Shown: positions 39,620 through 53,660 of the stretch, one piece after another | Position numbering within the stretch: the stretch's first letter is position 1 | Layout: every line of letters starts with the position of its first letter | Source: Octopus vulgaris | Taxonomy: Eukaryota | Reading direction: 5' to 3' | NCBI GenBank assembly: GCA_951406725.2 | Contig: OX597818.1 | Location: 116,250,001-116,314,000, forward strand | Length of the DNA: 64,000 nucleotides | Position numbers and translations under genes: made by a program | The notes under the pieces: model-generated | Told to the model about the DNA's origin: nothing | Seen by the model: the letters and a program-made list of their open reading frames with translations, nothing else | Databases searched by the model: none

Positions 39620-40123
39620 TCTATATATATAAAACTCTAGTTGTATGAGTGTCTGTCCCCTTCGATTTAGATTCCTAACTCCTCCCACATTTTACGGTGC
39701 AGTTTAACCAAATTCGGGTATCGTATAGTCGTGATTCATATCGAGCCCGTCTGACTATTAGCGCGCGTCAACGATGAGTCTACGATTTTAAAAATAATTT
39801 AACATCATTTTTTATTCCATTTTAATGCATAAAATGCATCGTATGTCGATGGCGGCGGAGTTGGCGTCCACGCTCACAGCTGCACCTGTTTGCTTCTCCC
39901 CTTCCCTCCCTCGTGAAGCTGTGGGGAAGGGAGTGTAAAGAAATCAACGTCGTAATGCATTGTGAAGGAAACCAGCGTTCTTTTAGAACAACGACTTCAT
40001 GGCTTGAAGACACCAAAGCAAAAATGGCTAAGAAAGCCCGAATTTATAAGGAAGTAACTCTCTAAAATTGCTTATATAATTATTTCCCTTACAAACCCGA
40101 GCAACGCCGGGCGATACTGCTAG
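39620..40123 (+). mobile_element. Non-autonomous Helitron, copy 1
   Basis: 5' TCTATATATATAAA, 3' hairpin CCCGAGCAACGCCGGG followed by CGATACTG-CTAG. No TSD; inserted in (TA)n after an A. Confidence 0.88.
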
Positions 40124-40628
40124 TCTATATATATAAAACTCTAGTTGTGTGAGTGTCTGTCCCCTTCGATTTAGATTCCTAACTCCTCCCACATTTTGCG
40201 GTGCACTTTAACCAAATTCGGGTATCTTATAGTCGTGATTCATATCGAGCACGTCTGACTATTAGCGCGCGTCAACGATGAGTCTACGATTTTAAAAATA
40301 ATTTAACATAATTTTTTATTCCATTTTAATGCATAAAATGCATCGTATGTCGATGGCGGCGGAGTTGGCGTCCACGCTCACAGCCGCACCTGTTTGCTTC
40401 TCCCCCTTCCCTCCTTCGTGAAGCTGTGGGGAAGGGAGTGTAAAGAAATCAACGTCGTAATGCGTTGTGAAGGAAACCAGCGTTCTTTTAGAACAACGAC
40501 TTCATGGCTTGAAGACACCAAAACAAAAATGGCTAAGAAAGCCCGAATTTATAAGGGAAGTAACTCTCTAAAAATGCTTATATAGTTATTTCCCTTACAA
40601 ACCCGAGCAACGCCGGGCGATACTGCTA

Positions 40629-40629
<1 letters not shown>
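40124..40629 (+). mobile_element. Non-autonomous Helitron, copy 2 (head-to-tail)
   Basis: Junction CTAG|TC at 40123/40124. Same termini, ends CTAG followed by T. Confidence 0.88.
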
Positions 40630-40669
<40 letters not shown>

Positions 40670-40675
<6 letters not shown>

Positions 40676-40875
40676 GAAATGAAGAAAATGCTGACAAAAT
40701 AATTTAAGTAATTTAAGTAATTTAATTAGGTGAAAGTTCTTTTTACCGGTTGCACATTTGTTATGCTTATCAAAAGATTAGAGTTCCTTTCTGATAGATT
40801 TTTTCCTCTTATCTGACTTTATGTTGGGTTTGCTGTCTCTTATATGTGAAAAAAGAGGCTCCAGAGTTGTTTAAG

Positions 40876-40878
<3 letters not shown>
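40670..40878 (-). mobile_element. Inverted solo pLTR fragment of the PLE
   Basis: Reverse complement of ~39396-39603, between two (TA)n arrays. Confidence 0.93.
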
Positions 40879-40933
<55 letters not shown>

Positions 40934-41107
40934 CGTGATTACCGTGACCGACCAGGCTATCATATGTTGCTACACATCGCTGGTCACAATGCGCTTCGCA
41001 TTGTTTTAGCCTTCAAATAACGCCACCCCGCCGGCTTAGCAAGCAGGCTAACAGAACGAAAAGTTCTGAGAGAGAGTTGTGGCGAAAGAGTACAGCAGTA
41101 GAAGTGT

Positions 41108-41147
<40 letters not shown>

Positions 41148-41579
41148 TTATGTGTAAAATACACATGTACCGGACATCGCCAACGAGTGAAAAATACGTA
41201 AACAGACGAGAGATAAGTACAGGACAAAATACCGAAAGAAAATAACCCCTCGTCAGTTGTCGACTGTTTTACGACTCCCTATTCCGTGCTTTCAACGACA
41301 TATGTGTGTGTGAGCATGTATATACTTCAACAATGTAACCATACACGTGCTGTTGGCGATTTCTTTTCCTTATTTCTGCATCTCCCTTTCTCCTTTTCGA
41401 CGAAGAGCTATTATAGAAGCGTCAAGCTCTGTCTTTCCACCGTGCGTCAAGCTAAAACATTCCTTGTGCACATCGTCATGTTGTACGTTAATTTCATTAT
41501 TCGTTTTTTCTTAATTGATTGTTTATTTAGACTGACTCAGTATACATGCACACATACACACACATGCGTGCACACATAA

Positions 41580-41632
<53 letters not shown>

Positions 41633-42164
41633 TACACACACAAACACACACATATATATATGTATGTATATATATATATATTTATTTATATATGTGTATA
41701 TATATATATATATATATGAACAAATGTGCGCGTTTGTGTGCGTATTTTTCAAACTTAAATTTGTAAGTTTTTACTCATAATTCTTTAAGAATTCTATTTC
41801 CTGTATCTGATAGCATTGTTTTTTTTTTTATAATCTAGAGACAAATACTATATGTCCATTAATATATAATCTATAGATCAATACAATTATGGAAGTACAT
41901 ATAACACAATTTGTCTTTGTCTTTATATTCTCGATATTTATTACATTGCTTTTAATCGGATCTTATTTTAAATATCACCAATTCTCTCCTGTAAGCATTT
42001 ATTCATCATAAAATTAACTTCGTTATGTTTCATTGTCGGGTATATTATGATGTTTACAGCTACATATGTTAGTGAACGTTTGAGATTTTTTTTTAAAATT
42101 ACCAATTCTTGTTGCATCTCTCAGCTTCGATTTTATCGACAGTAAAAATAAATAAGCTGAATTG

Positions 42165-42400
42165 TACAGGGTGGGGCAAAATAATGCGACATATTTGTAG
42201 GTTTAATAAAAGCAAAATAGTATAAAGAACGAAAAATATGTTTTTATTTACGAAATGTACACATGATGCCATTTTGTTTAATTTGGTTTTAAGAATTAAA
42301 CCGGTTAAGTGGGTGTTGTTATTCTCCGCATGCTGTCGAAGGCGTTCACGAAAGTCGTCCATAACTCGACGAGTCATTTCATGTAGAATAGCAGTAATTT
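42165..42400 (-). mobile_element. 3' end relic of a Tc1/mariner-superfamily transposon
   Basis: EITAILHEMTRRVMDDFRERLRQHAENNNTHL resembles the transposase C-terminus; terminus TA-CAGGGTG. Confidence 0.55.
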
Positions 42401-42414
42401 CCATTTGGTTACTC

Positions 42415-42780
42415 TTTTACTCTTTTACTTCTTTCAGTCATTTGACTGCGGCCATGCTAGAGCACCGCCTTTTAATCGAGCAACTCGACCCCGGGACTTA
42501 TTCTTTGTAAGCCCAGTACTTATTGTATCGGTCTCTTTTGCCGAACCGCTAAGTGACGGGGACATAAACACACCAGCATCGGTTGTCAAGCAATGCTAGG
42601 GTGACAAACACAGACACACAAACACACACACATACACATACATATATATATATATATACATACATACGACGGGCTTCTTTCAGTTTCCGTCTACCAAATC
42701 CACTCACAAGGCTTTGGTCGGCCCGAGGCTATAGTAGAAGATACTTGCCCAAGGTGCCACGCAGAGGGACTGAACCCGTA
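42415..42780 (-). mobile_element. SINE (family of 55255-55637)
   Basis: Well-preserved reverse-complement copy with internal (TA/TG)n. Confidence 0.85.
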
Positions 42781-42899
42781 CTTTTTTTTATAAAGATGTT
42801 CAAAAATAGAAGTTGTTCCATGATGAATTGTGTATGTTTATTCATACAATTGAGTAACATTTTGAATGTTTTTAGTTTCTCTATATTTTAGTTCCTTAA

Positions 42900-43230
42900 A
42901 ATAAAGTAATAGTTGAGGCCTTCCAGATTTTATTTGTACGTTTAAAGAAAGAGTTCTCATATTTTTGAAATGATTTTTCATACATCATGATCTCTATATA
43001 ACCGAAAATAAAATTTGCAATGGAGTGCGTTCTTTTCGTCCCCATAGCGGTCTCGGAATTTTGTCGATAAATGTTCTCATTAAACAAAATAGCTCTCCAG
43101 AAAGAATTTTAATCCTTCTATGATTAATCTCTTTTATCTGTATTGTGGTAGTTCAGCCGTATAATTATCCAGTCAAAATTTAATGACTTCACTTCCTAAG
43201 TTATGGGATATTTGTATAAAGACTCATCTC
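42900..43230 (-). pseudogene. Decayed PLE RT fragment related to the 36-38 kb element
   Basis: FNENIYRQNSETAMGTK...ANFIFGYIEI aligns with FNNKFYRQKSETAMGTKTAPTYANLVMGYLEI. Confidence 0.75.
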
Positions 43231-43604
43231 AATGGACGTTTCTCACGAACACTGTTGGAAGGGGGCTTAGCACTTGTAAGAAATTGTTTATAAAACTGCA
43301 AGTGAATTTGACATATTGAAGCTGGTAGCGTATTTTGGTAAGAATAAAATTGTAAATACCTTTCCAAACTTTTTCTGATAACAATATCTTCTTTTTGATC
43401 ATGATCAAATCGCCAGACCAATGTGCATGTCTTAGTATATTTACGCATACATACATACATACATACATACATACATACATACATACATACATACATACAT
43501 ACATACATACATACGTACGTACGTACGTACATACATACATACATACATACATACATACATACATACGTAGTACATACATACATACATACATACATACATA
43601 CATA

Positions 43605-43930
43605 AAGCCGAAGTTCAGTGAAAAAGAGAATACCTACGCTGAACTATTGAGAAATCTGTGGTTACTCTATCTGTTTTACATGTGCAGGTGTATACCTGTA
43701 ATTATTGGGGCCCTGAGATATGCAACACCCTGACTAAATACCAATCTTGAGAAATTAGGCTTCTCAGAAACAGAAAGAAGAAAGCTAATTCGAATACTAC
43801 AGATCCAAGCTATCACTGGAACTGTAAAAATCTGTAAAACTTTCCAGAAGTTTATAATTTACATATATATGAGCTTGTCTAGATAAGTAACTATATGCAT
43901 AGAAATATATACATAAAGCAAAACATACAA
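43605..43930 (+). mobile_element. 3' fragment of an RLE-type non-LTR element abutting a (TACA)n array
   Basis: EKENTYAELLRNL...IPVIIGAL.Y...LEKLGFS..ERRKLIRILQIQAITGTVKICKTFQKF; ends in aaaacataca. Confidence 0.6.
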
Positions 43931-44122
43931 TGTCTATGATCTCTCAGATAACTATCCAGTTCCGTTGTAGATCTGCATTGCTACAAATATATGTCACAGC
44001 CGAAAGTTGCAATTTACTGTGCGCTTCCAGCTGGTTAGAACATGTCGTCGCTCTTCCATTGTGATAGGATTTCTGTAAATGGAATTACAATTGAGGTCAC
44101 CAGAAAGAAACACCAGAAAGAA

Positions 44123-44357
44123 AGGCGGCGAGCTGGCAGAATCGTTAGCACGCCGGGCGAAATACCTAGCAGTATTTCGTGTGCCGTTACATCTTGAGTT
44201 CAAATTCCGCCGAGGTCGATTTTGCTTTCATTCTTTCGGGATCGATAAATAAAGTACTAGTTACGCACTGGGGTCGATTTAATCGACTTAATCCCTTTGT
44301 CTGTCCTTGCTTGTCCCCTCTATGTTTAGCCCCTTGTGGTCAATAAAGAAATAAGAA
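44123..44357 (+). mobile_element. Full-length tRNA-type SINE (ggcggcgagctggcagaatcg family)
   Basis: A-box-like tggcagaatcg, B-box-like gagttcaaattc, A-rich tail; many copies in the window. Confidence 0.85.
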
Positions 44358-44796
44358 AGACACATCTGCCCCTCACTGGATTATAGCGGTAAACGCTTGT
44401 ACAACATGAGTATCGATCTCTGAAACTCTGTGATTAGATCCTAGTGACAGTTCGAAGGGTAATGACCATCAAACACGTGAAACCACAGGTTTTATATCAG
44501 TGTCCCTCTCCAAGAAGGACAAGAAGTCTCTCATTCTTGGTGGTTTTACTGCGCGTACTGGCATCGAGCAGGTGTATTTCTGAGCTCCCGTGATCAGATG
44601 AATTGTTATTACATTATTACATATGCTAGTTACCACATAGGTGGCACCATAACGGGTGATACTCTCCCGGATCAGAGCAGACCGAGGAACAATACAATAG
44701 TTGTTTCACGGCCCTAAAACTCTGGAACTCTCGAAATAAAAACTCGCTACCGCATCCAGTTTAAAGCCATACCCAGGATGTGCGCACGCAGGCACG

Positions 44797-44849
<53 letters not shown>

Positions 44850-44862
44850 ACACACACACACA

Positions 44863-45286
44863 CAGTAAGTGAATGTAGCAAGCTGGCACAGAAAGAATAT
44901 AAGAGAAGATATGACAGCTTAGGGAGAGTAATCCACTGGGGGTTATGTAGAAAGCTATGATTTGACCTTACTGATAAGTGGTATGAACATGAACCTAATA
45001 AAATATGAGAAAATTGGAAATATAAGATATCACGTGACTTTAACATTCAGACGGACAGAGTAATAGAATCTAGAAGGCCTGATTCCATAGTAGTAGACAA
45101 AGGGAATAGAAAGTGTCAGATAATTGGCTTTACAATAATGAGAAAATCAATATGAAATGTATAGAAAAATAGCAAAGTACTAGGACCTAGCCATGGAATT
45201 ACAGAGACTATGGAGAGTGCGGTTAAAATATATCGATGTAGTTATAGATGCATTAGGAACTATCCCTAAGGATTTGATAGAGAAAA
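44863..45286 (+). pseudogene. Decayed R4/Dong-type RLE domain fragment
   Basis: VSECSKLAQKEYKRRYD.LGRVIHW.LC...KWYEHEP...DFNIQTDRVIESRRPD; cut off by a mariner insertion. Confidence 0.8.
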
Positions 45287-45288
45287 TA

Positions 45289-45854
45289 TTGGGTTGTTCG
45301 GAAAGTTCTTGCCGATTTTTAAAAGAAAGAAAAGGTGAATAAATACGTGCCAATACATTTGTAATCAACCAAATATGAACCCTTTTGTTGCATAATGCCT
45401 CACCATCTTTCCTTTAACTTGAAAATACCCTCTTCCCAGAATTGAGGTGGTTTCATGGCAAAGAATTCATCAAGCTATCTTTTTACGTCATCCAAGGAAT
45501 TGAAATTTTTACCATTAAGACTATTCTGCAGAGACCTGAATAAGTGGAAATCCGAAGGAGCAATATCTGGTGAATATGGATGGAGGTGGGTAATACATCC
45601 CAGCCAAGTTGCAGCAATTTTTGTCTGGTTCCCAAAGCATCAACTGCCGAAAATGAACTTTCTTATCTTCCATTTTAAAGGGTTACAGAATTAACACAGG
45701 TTATAGGAACATAAACCTTCTTCCACGAAAAGATAGCTTAAACTGTACTCTAAAAGGGGGTGTAGTGAAATCCTATTTATGGACTCGACCATGTTCTAAA
45801 ATAAGTCGAAAGGTAAGCTACAATAAATCGGCACGAACTTTCCAGACAACCCGA
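45289..45854 (-). mobile_element. Internally deleted mariner with TIRs and TA target duplication
   Basis: TIRs ttgggttgttcggaaagttcttgccgattt / aaatcggcacgaactttccagacaacccga flanked by TA. Minus strand encodes YSPDIAPSDFHLFRSLQNSL. Confidence 0.9.
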
Positions 45855-46178
45855 TAGGTATAAAAGCTAGTTTTCTGTATTGAAATTATTTTCACACTGG
45901 TGGTTGCCATGATTCGGTGCAAAACGAATCACTTGCAGTGCAGGCTTCAGTGTGAAATGTTGGGGCTCTCCATCATGGTAACACGTGCTGAGGAAGGTGG
46001 GGCTATTATGCCAGTTCAGAAACCGGTCCGCGTCAGTCTAAATACTTGAATGTATGCTGAGGGATTGTCTTAGTCCGTTTGCCTTCTGATGGTTGATTTC
46101 TGTAGTTATTATCAGAGTATTTTGGCGATTTAAATCAGAGTTTTGACTTATTTCCAAGAGGTAGACATACATGATTAG

Positions 46179-46247
<69 letters not shown>

Positions 46248-47095
46248 GTGTTTGTGTGTGTGCGTAAGTACACGCGTGTGTACATAAACACAGATAAAGA
46301 CTTCCACTTGTTATGCTAAATATTACACATCTATAGATACCGCACAATGGAAATATATAATTTGAAAACACCAGCACGTGATTTAATGGCAAAGGAATTG
46401 AATTAAGAACCCACATTTCCCTTCTCCTTTTACCCCATCAAAGAAGATCTGATGCCATGGTTTCTTTGATGTTGTTTTTTAACCGAAGGTTAGCTGCATT
46501 TGGGCAGAAGCACGATTAAACTTCTTCCTACGTATCATCTCTTCCTATCATATCATCTCTTCTCTATAATGGGTCTTCCTTTTCCAAGACAGAAAAAAAA
46601 ACCTAATATGTGTGACTAGTCTGCTAGTTCTAGCAGGTCAAGATTCAAGCTTCGAAGGAGAGACTTGTTCCTCTGTTAGATTATATTAGTCTTAGAGACC
46701 ACTTTACCTAAGCAGCGTGAATCATAACTGCTTCCTACAATGTCTGAGAAAGCCTTAGTGACGACAGAATTCTCCTCCACGAAGACAAGCCGGCATATAC
46801 TAACAATAGAGTCTACTTAGGAATGTTGTTGTGTGTCAGTTTTCTTTGCCGGTGAAAAATTCTACAACTGTTATTTTTCCAATTCGTGAACAGAATTGCC
46901 GCTTCTGTTGCTTTGTCCTCCGCAGTGATCGAGTGTTTTCCTAAAGCTAACTGGCAACAGAAATATTTTTATTTAATACACGACAAATAATATAGTCGGA
47001 ATAATGTAGTCTTACACGAAATAATGTTGAATATCAAACGACTTCTAGTTGAAGAGTGTATCAACTTTCAAAATAATTACCGAGCAAATGTATCC

Positions 47096-47179
<84 letters not shown>

Positions 47180-47538
47180 GTCCGTATGTCTGTCCGTCTG
47201 TCTAATATATGTCTATACATACATACATACATACATACACACATACATGCCTTGTATTTATAAGTATATATATGCATAAAAATACAAATTCTGCATACGT
47301 ATAACACGTACACACCTACACACGATTGTATGTATGTATATATATATATATTTGTATACCTGCCTATATACATATATATATACATACATTTATGTATTTA
47401 TGTTTCTATATATATCTATATCTATATATATTTGATATATATATATATATCTAAGACAAATGTATCAAGCATAACATATATATATAAATATGTATGTATA
47501 TCTATGTATATATATGGATGTGTATATATATATCAGTT

Positions 47539-47576
<38 letters not shown>

Positions 47577-47801
47577 CATACATATATATGTATATATATA
47601 AAGATAGATATTATTTTATTTATGTATTTTTTATTCGCTTCAGCCAAGTGGCTGCGGTCGTGCTGGAGCCTCATCATGACCTTCCCTCCTTATCCTGTGT
47701 TCTTTGCACGTTCCTCGCCAGCTGATGTCGTCCAAACAAGAGTTTTGTTGACACATCTGGTGTTCAAGAGAATTTGCCATCGTTGCGCTCAACTGTGTCT
47801 C

Positions 47802-47839
<38 letters not shown>

Positions 47840-47840
47840 G

Positions 47841-47878
<38 letters not shown>

Positions 47879-47944
47879 TGGAAATATATATATATATGTT
47901 TGTATATGTAAATAGATATATATAAATAGATATACATAGCCATG

Positions 47945-47991
<47 letters not shown>

Positions 47992-48384
47992 ATATAATAT
48001 ATATATATATAGTAAATTCCCAAATATACAGTCACAAGCACAACTGCACACGCATGTGTGTGCAGAAGTGTTTGTGTATGCGTATGTCGGTATTAATTGA
48101 ACGTTTATAGCTTAAGGGTATAACAAAAGAATTGTCAAAAAAGAAACCCTAATATTCATTCCATCGCCCCCCTAAAAATCAAAACAATGCACAAAACAAG
48201 AACCGAAATAATACTATTATGATCACGAATTATAACATACCATCCTCCGTGATATGACTGATAATGCTAGAAAATAATTAGAATATTCATATCAGTAGAT
48301 TCGTAGAGAGTGGAAGAAGTCGCGGAAGAAGGAGGAGGTAGGGCAGAAGATGAAAAATATGAAGAAGTGTAATAAAAGTGTTAA

Positions 48385-48395
48385 TACTAATAATG

Positions 48396-48427
<32 letters not shown>

Positions 48428-48488
48428 GATGATATTGATGATAATGATAGTAATAATAACGATAATAATAATAATGATAATCATAATC

Positions 48489-48530
<42 letters not shown>

Positions 48531-48605
48531 GTTATAATAATAATGATTATAATGATAATAATGATAATAATAATGATAATGATAATAAAAATAATAATAA
48601 TAGTA

Positions 48606-48660
<55 letters not shown>

Positions 48661-48897
48661 CAATAATAATGATAATAATGATTATAATAATAATAATAAT
48701 AATAATAATGTTAATAATAACAATAATGATAATAATAATAATAGCAACAATGATAATGATAAGAATGATAATGATAATACTAATAATGATGATTATATTA
48801 ATAATAATAATAATGATAGTGTTAATAATAATAACAATGATAATGATAATGATAGTGATAATGATAATGATAATAATAACAATAATAATAATAATAA
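48385..48897. repeat. Long degenerate (AAT/GAT/AAC)n array
   Basis: Direct reading. Confidence 0.95.
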
Positions 48898-49178
48898 GGT
48901 AACTAGAATGTGGAATCTGAAAACAGAAACAATTCCTATCATAGTAGGTGCATTAGGCATGATAAAAAAATATTCAGACAAATACATAACAAAAACACCA
49001 GGACTTACAAACACATATAACATACAGAAAATTGCACTACTAGGCATTGCACACATCCTACGCATAACACTTTCCATACAATAACCATCAGAGCATCACA
49101 ACAAATCACAGCACATACCCAAGGCACACAGAGCTGCGCTCGGTAGTGAAGTGAAAGCATGCTATAAAAATAAAACTA
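48897..49178 (+). mobile_element. 5'-truncated R4/Dong-type 3' end in (AAT)n
   Basis: VTRMWNLKTETIPIIVGALGMIKK...IQKIALLGIAHILRITLSIQ* plus 3'UTR; (AAT)n both sides; same family as 62233-62527. Confidence 0.88.
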
Positions 49179-49184
49179 ATGATG

Positions 49185-49242
<58 letters not shown>

Positions 49243-49496
49243 TAATAATAATGACAACAACAATAATTATAATAGAAAAAATCGTTGGTAGATATAAAGA
49301 TTAAAAAACTAGAAAGATAAGGAGATTAAAGGTAAAAAAGTAACAAGAGTGAAAGTCGTGGTGGTAGGAGGAAGTGGAAAGAGAGTTGGTTGTAGCACTA
49401 ATAGTAATAGCAGTAGTAGTGGTAGTAGTAGTAAAGTAGAAGGGAAGAAGTATATGAAGGAGGAAGAAGTGGTTGAAAAAGGAAAGGAAAGGCGAA

Positions 49497-49550
<54 letters not shown>

Positions 49551-49559
49551 CTGCAGCAG

Positions 49560-50160
49560 CAGCAGTAACAGGAGAAGAAAGAAGGAAGATAAAGACGAGG
49601 AAAAATAAAGAAGGAAAAAGAAAAAGCAGAAGAAAGAATAAATAGGAAGAAAGAAAGAGAAAGAAGGAAAAAGAAAACGCAGAAGAAAGAAGAATAAAAA
49701 GGAAGAAAGGAGGAGAAAGAAGAAGAAAGAAGGAAGAGGAAGAAGTAAAAAGAAATATGAAAGAATAAAGAATAAAGAGGAATAAAAAGTGGATAGAAGT
49801 CAGAAGAAGAAAAAAGAAGAAAGCAGAAAGAAGTCAGAAGAAAGAAGAAGAAAGAAGAAAAAAGGAGAAAAAGAAGAAAAGAAAGAAAAAAAAGAAGAAA
49901 GGAGAATGAAAAAGAATGAAAAAGAAGAAAAATGAAAGTAGATAAAGAAAGAAAAGAGTAGAAAGAAGAAGAAACAAAAGAAGAAGAGGAAGAAGAAGAA
50001 GAAAGAAGAAGAAAGGAAGAAGAAAGAAAAGAGAGAAAAAAGAAGGAAGAAGAAAGTAAGATGGAGAAAGAAAAAAAGAAAAAAGACAGGAGATATGGGA
50101 AAGAGAAGAAGATGGAAGAAGAAGAGAAAGGCGATGAAGAAAGAAGGGTGTGGTCGTAGG
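49560..50160. repeat. Polypurine (GAA/GGA-like) low-complexity tract
   Basis: Almost exclusively A/G on the plus strand. Confidence 0.9.
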
Positions 50161-50780
50161 AAGGAACCAACAAGAGTATCATTAGTAGTAGTAGTAGTAG
50201 TATAAACAGAAGCTAGTGACGGTGAGGGATGATGTAAATTTATAGGAAAGGACAACAGGATGAAATATTGAAGTATGTGGTTACTTTTACCTTCTATTTG
50301 CAGACTATACTTACATCCTGTGTGTGTATGTGTATGTGTGTGTGTGTGTTTAAGTGTATACTTTTATATTGTTACACATATGCTTATGTGCACATATGTT
50401 ATATATGCATATACCATTAGCAATGCTTAAAAAAGTATATATATATATATAAGAATTTACATTCATTTACGTTCTTAGAATGAATGTCATGATTGAAAAC
50501 TTGAATAGAAGAGAAGCAAGCATTAAACTTACTCCGACTCACATTTCCCGCGCACAGAGACTTCCTTTCTCCCCAACTTTTATACATATGTGATCTCACA
50601 AACAAAAACGTGCGAACATATGTGCATGCGTGTAGAAAAATACACATGCTCAAGTATTTGTTGTATATTTTGTAAGATTCAAACACAATTGCTGATGTTT
50701 GTGTCATATAAATAGCCTAGACAAGACTCTGAAGAGACTTTTACTTATAAATATCTATGATCTATCTATCTATCTATCTG

Positions 50781-50858
<78 letters not shown>

Positions 50859-52044
50859 GACGGTGAACAGGTGTGGTCGCCGTTTGTGAGGCACGCATTC
50901 CCGCAACTCGTCTCCATGACCGAACTACAGTCGTAGATCAAAAAGAGGCCGAGGAAGGGCGAATGGCACCGCGAGTGTCGCGTTGCTCTCAAGCAACTCT
51001 GCCGTCCCGGGTCGACCTTGAGTGACTTCAACACAACCAAAGCATTCTATAGGGGATTAGTGGAGGGGTGGTACGACGACGAGCTCGGGGCAAACCTGGG
51101 CGTCGACGAGGAATACCTGACCCGCCTGTTTCAAACGACTTTCGGCCCGGGACCTATGGACAACTTCCAGAGATCCCTGGCCTGGCGGTGCTACCGAGAA
51201 GCGCTACCCGTTCGGGATAAGCTCTATAGGCATGGCTCGAGAAACACGGGGCCGACCTGCCCGAGATGCGGGCAGAGCGACGAAACCGCTCTGCACGCAA
51301 TCGTGCAGTGTCCAGCAATTTCCCACCTGTGGGCTTATGTCGAACGACTGCTGTCACGTGTGGGACGTGTCGGTTTATCAGCCGAGTCTATCGTTAATAT
51401 CGTCACGCCTCCTTCCTTCAAACGGGAAGGAAGAGCTATTTTTATCATACTTGTGGCTATGGCGAAAGAATGTATCTGGTGGACGCGCCTGAAAGGATTA
51501 GAGACAAACACTTTCCTCTCTGGTCAATCTCTCATCAACTTCTTCAAGTATCACTTGAAGAGGAAAGTGAGAGTAGAGAGGCAAGTTTTGTCTAGTGAAT
51601 GTTTTAAAAAAAAGATGGGTGAATGTAGCAAGGATGGCACGTATGAATGACGAAGCCACCTTGACTATGATTCTATGAACCGTAAAAATTAATACAGAGA
51701 GTTGCTTATTTGCAAAAAAAAAGAAATATAACATGTGACTTCATTGACCGAGGTTACCGTGGTCTTTTCCGTAGGCTTTCCTTTCCACGGGTAAACCTCA
51801 CCTGTTCTCCCCCTTTACACTTCATATTGACATTTCTGTGATAACGATCCCTATTGATCAATTTTTTTGCTCTCCCCCCACCTTTTTTTTTTATTAACCC
51901 CTCCCCTTTTTTTGTCCTCTTTCTTTCCTTTTACGATCCCTTTTGATCGAAAACCACCACTCCCTTTTTTTACCCCCAAAAGAAAAGCTCTACCTTGTAA
52001 TTTGTTCTATCTGTGTGCAGCCCTGTGTGGCTAATAAAGAAACA
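50859..52044 (+). mobile_element. 5'-truncated Tx1/L1-clade retrotransposon inserted in (TATC)n
   Basis: ORF 51018-51650 has the zf-RVT-type motif AWR..REALPV..KL...CPRCGQSDETALHAIVQC...W. Pyrimidine-rich 3'UTR, AATAAA at 52033, (TATC)n on both sides. Confidence 0.85.
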
Positions 52045-52099
52045 TATCTATCTATCTATCTATCTGCCTGTCATTAGGTGGAGAAACAGACAGATAGAT

Positions 52100-52460
52100 A
52101 TCTGCCTAGTGTACCTCTCAAAGTCCGTGGTCTATAGAGACACGTTCACACTATTGGATGACATCACAAAGCATTACATGGGGATGGCAACTAACGATTT
52201 TAAAGTAAGGTATACACAGCATAAGCGCTCCTGCATTTGCAAGGATAGGGAAAGCTCCACCTTCCTGTTCCCTTTCATTTGGTGACTCCAAGACCACTGG
52301 AACTCTTTCGGCGACATCGAATGGAGTATCATTGACGGGGTACCTCTTACCATGATCTCGCATATGCTAACTATATCTCAACATACTCAACCAAAGAGCA
52401 GTATCCATCAGCAGGAAGAAAGAACTATCTTATTGCTGCCACCAGAGGTACTCTCTGTTA
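52100..52460 (+). pseudogene. Decayed PLE GIY-YIG remnant
   Basis: SVVYRDT....KHYMGMATNDFKVRYTQHKRS...STFL..FIW*L....IEWSII. Confidence 0.7.
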
Positions 52461-53575
52461 ATGAACACCAATACACTATCAACTGACAACCAAACTATAC
52501 CAGCTTAGAGCAAGCTGTCCTCCACACAGGGTTGGGGTATTTATTCACTGCTTCCCCTATAGATTACTGCCCAACTATATTGATCATCCAATCTCTATTT
52601 TAAGCGACATCAACTTCAGTTAATCCCATTCAATGCAGCTGCCACTAATGTGTTAGGTAGTACTCTTCCTGAACGACGTCTGGGCTACTTCATTATGGCT
52701 GTTCCGTACGGAACCACGTTACTATTATTTTTTAAACCCAGGAGAACATCTCCTCCAGCTGGTTAACGATACAACCTGTGTCTCCGTTATATTACAATCC
52801 ATACCATCTAGCATTTTGACAGGACAAGTAGACCAGCCCGGTTTCAGGCTATTTTGCCCTTCCACAGTAAGGGACACCTGTCCGCTAGAAATAGCAATCG
52901 TTCGCCCCAGCTCGCAATGTATAGAAAAATAAGCGACATTCAGCCGCTGATCTTACAATAAGCAAAAGTAGCTACTTCTAAGGTCTCTATAAGAGATGTA
53001 AGTAATAAATATATTGAAAAGTCGATTTAAAGGTTGATTAAGTAAATAAATATCACGCAGGATATCAATGATTGTGTGATGAGGAATATAAATGAACGGT
53101 GTTTCGAATGCTAGTGACTGAAGGAAAGGAATCTGCAAGTTCTTTGTTGGTTGTTACCAGAATACGAGAATGATATAATAGAGATAGAAATACATAGAAA
53201 ATCTGTAAGGGAATGGTTTCAGTAAAATGCAAAACAAAACACAACTCTTTCAAAAAAAAAAGAAGTATTTTGAGGGAAATTTACAATGGTCTGTAGTTAT
53301 GTGAAGGAAATGTTGCATAAAATATTTAGTACGGGACCTGAAAGGCAATAGTAATAAAGTACGGAAGAAGGCTGGTTGTATCGGATGGGTCTATCTTGAG
53401 AGTGTGAGCGTAGCTAGTAAAGTTGACGGTAGCCATTATATAACGATAAAACCAGGAGAGAGCGGAAACAAAACGGTAGGATAATGTGGAGTGCGTTAGC
53501 GTAAAGATGATATTTTCTGTCTTTCTCATGCAATTCCTCATCTCTCATTACATTCTCCTTCTATCTATGTTTATA

Positions 53576-53659
<84 letters not shown>

Positions 53660-53660
<1 letters not shown>

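Noticed and set aside
48350-49084. 244-aa poly-Asn protein
   Set aside because: An (AAT)n array read in frame into a truncated retrotransposon C-terminus.
49301-50255. Long Phe/Ser/Leu-rich ORFs as membrane proteins
   Set aside because: Antisense translation of a polypurine low-complexity tract.
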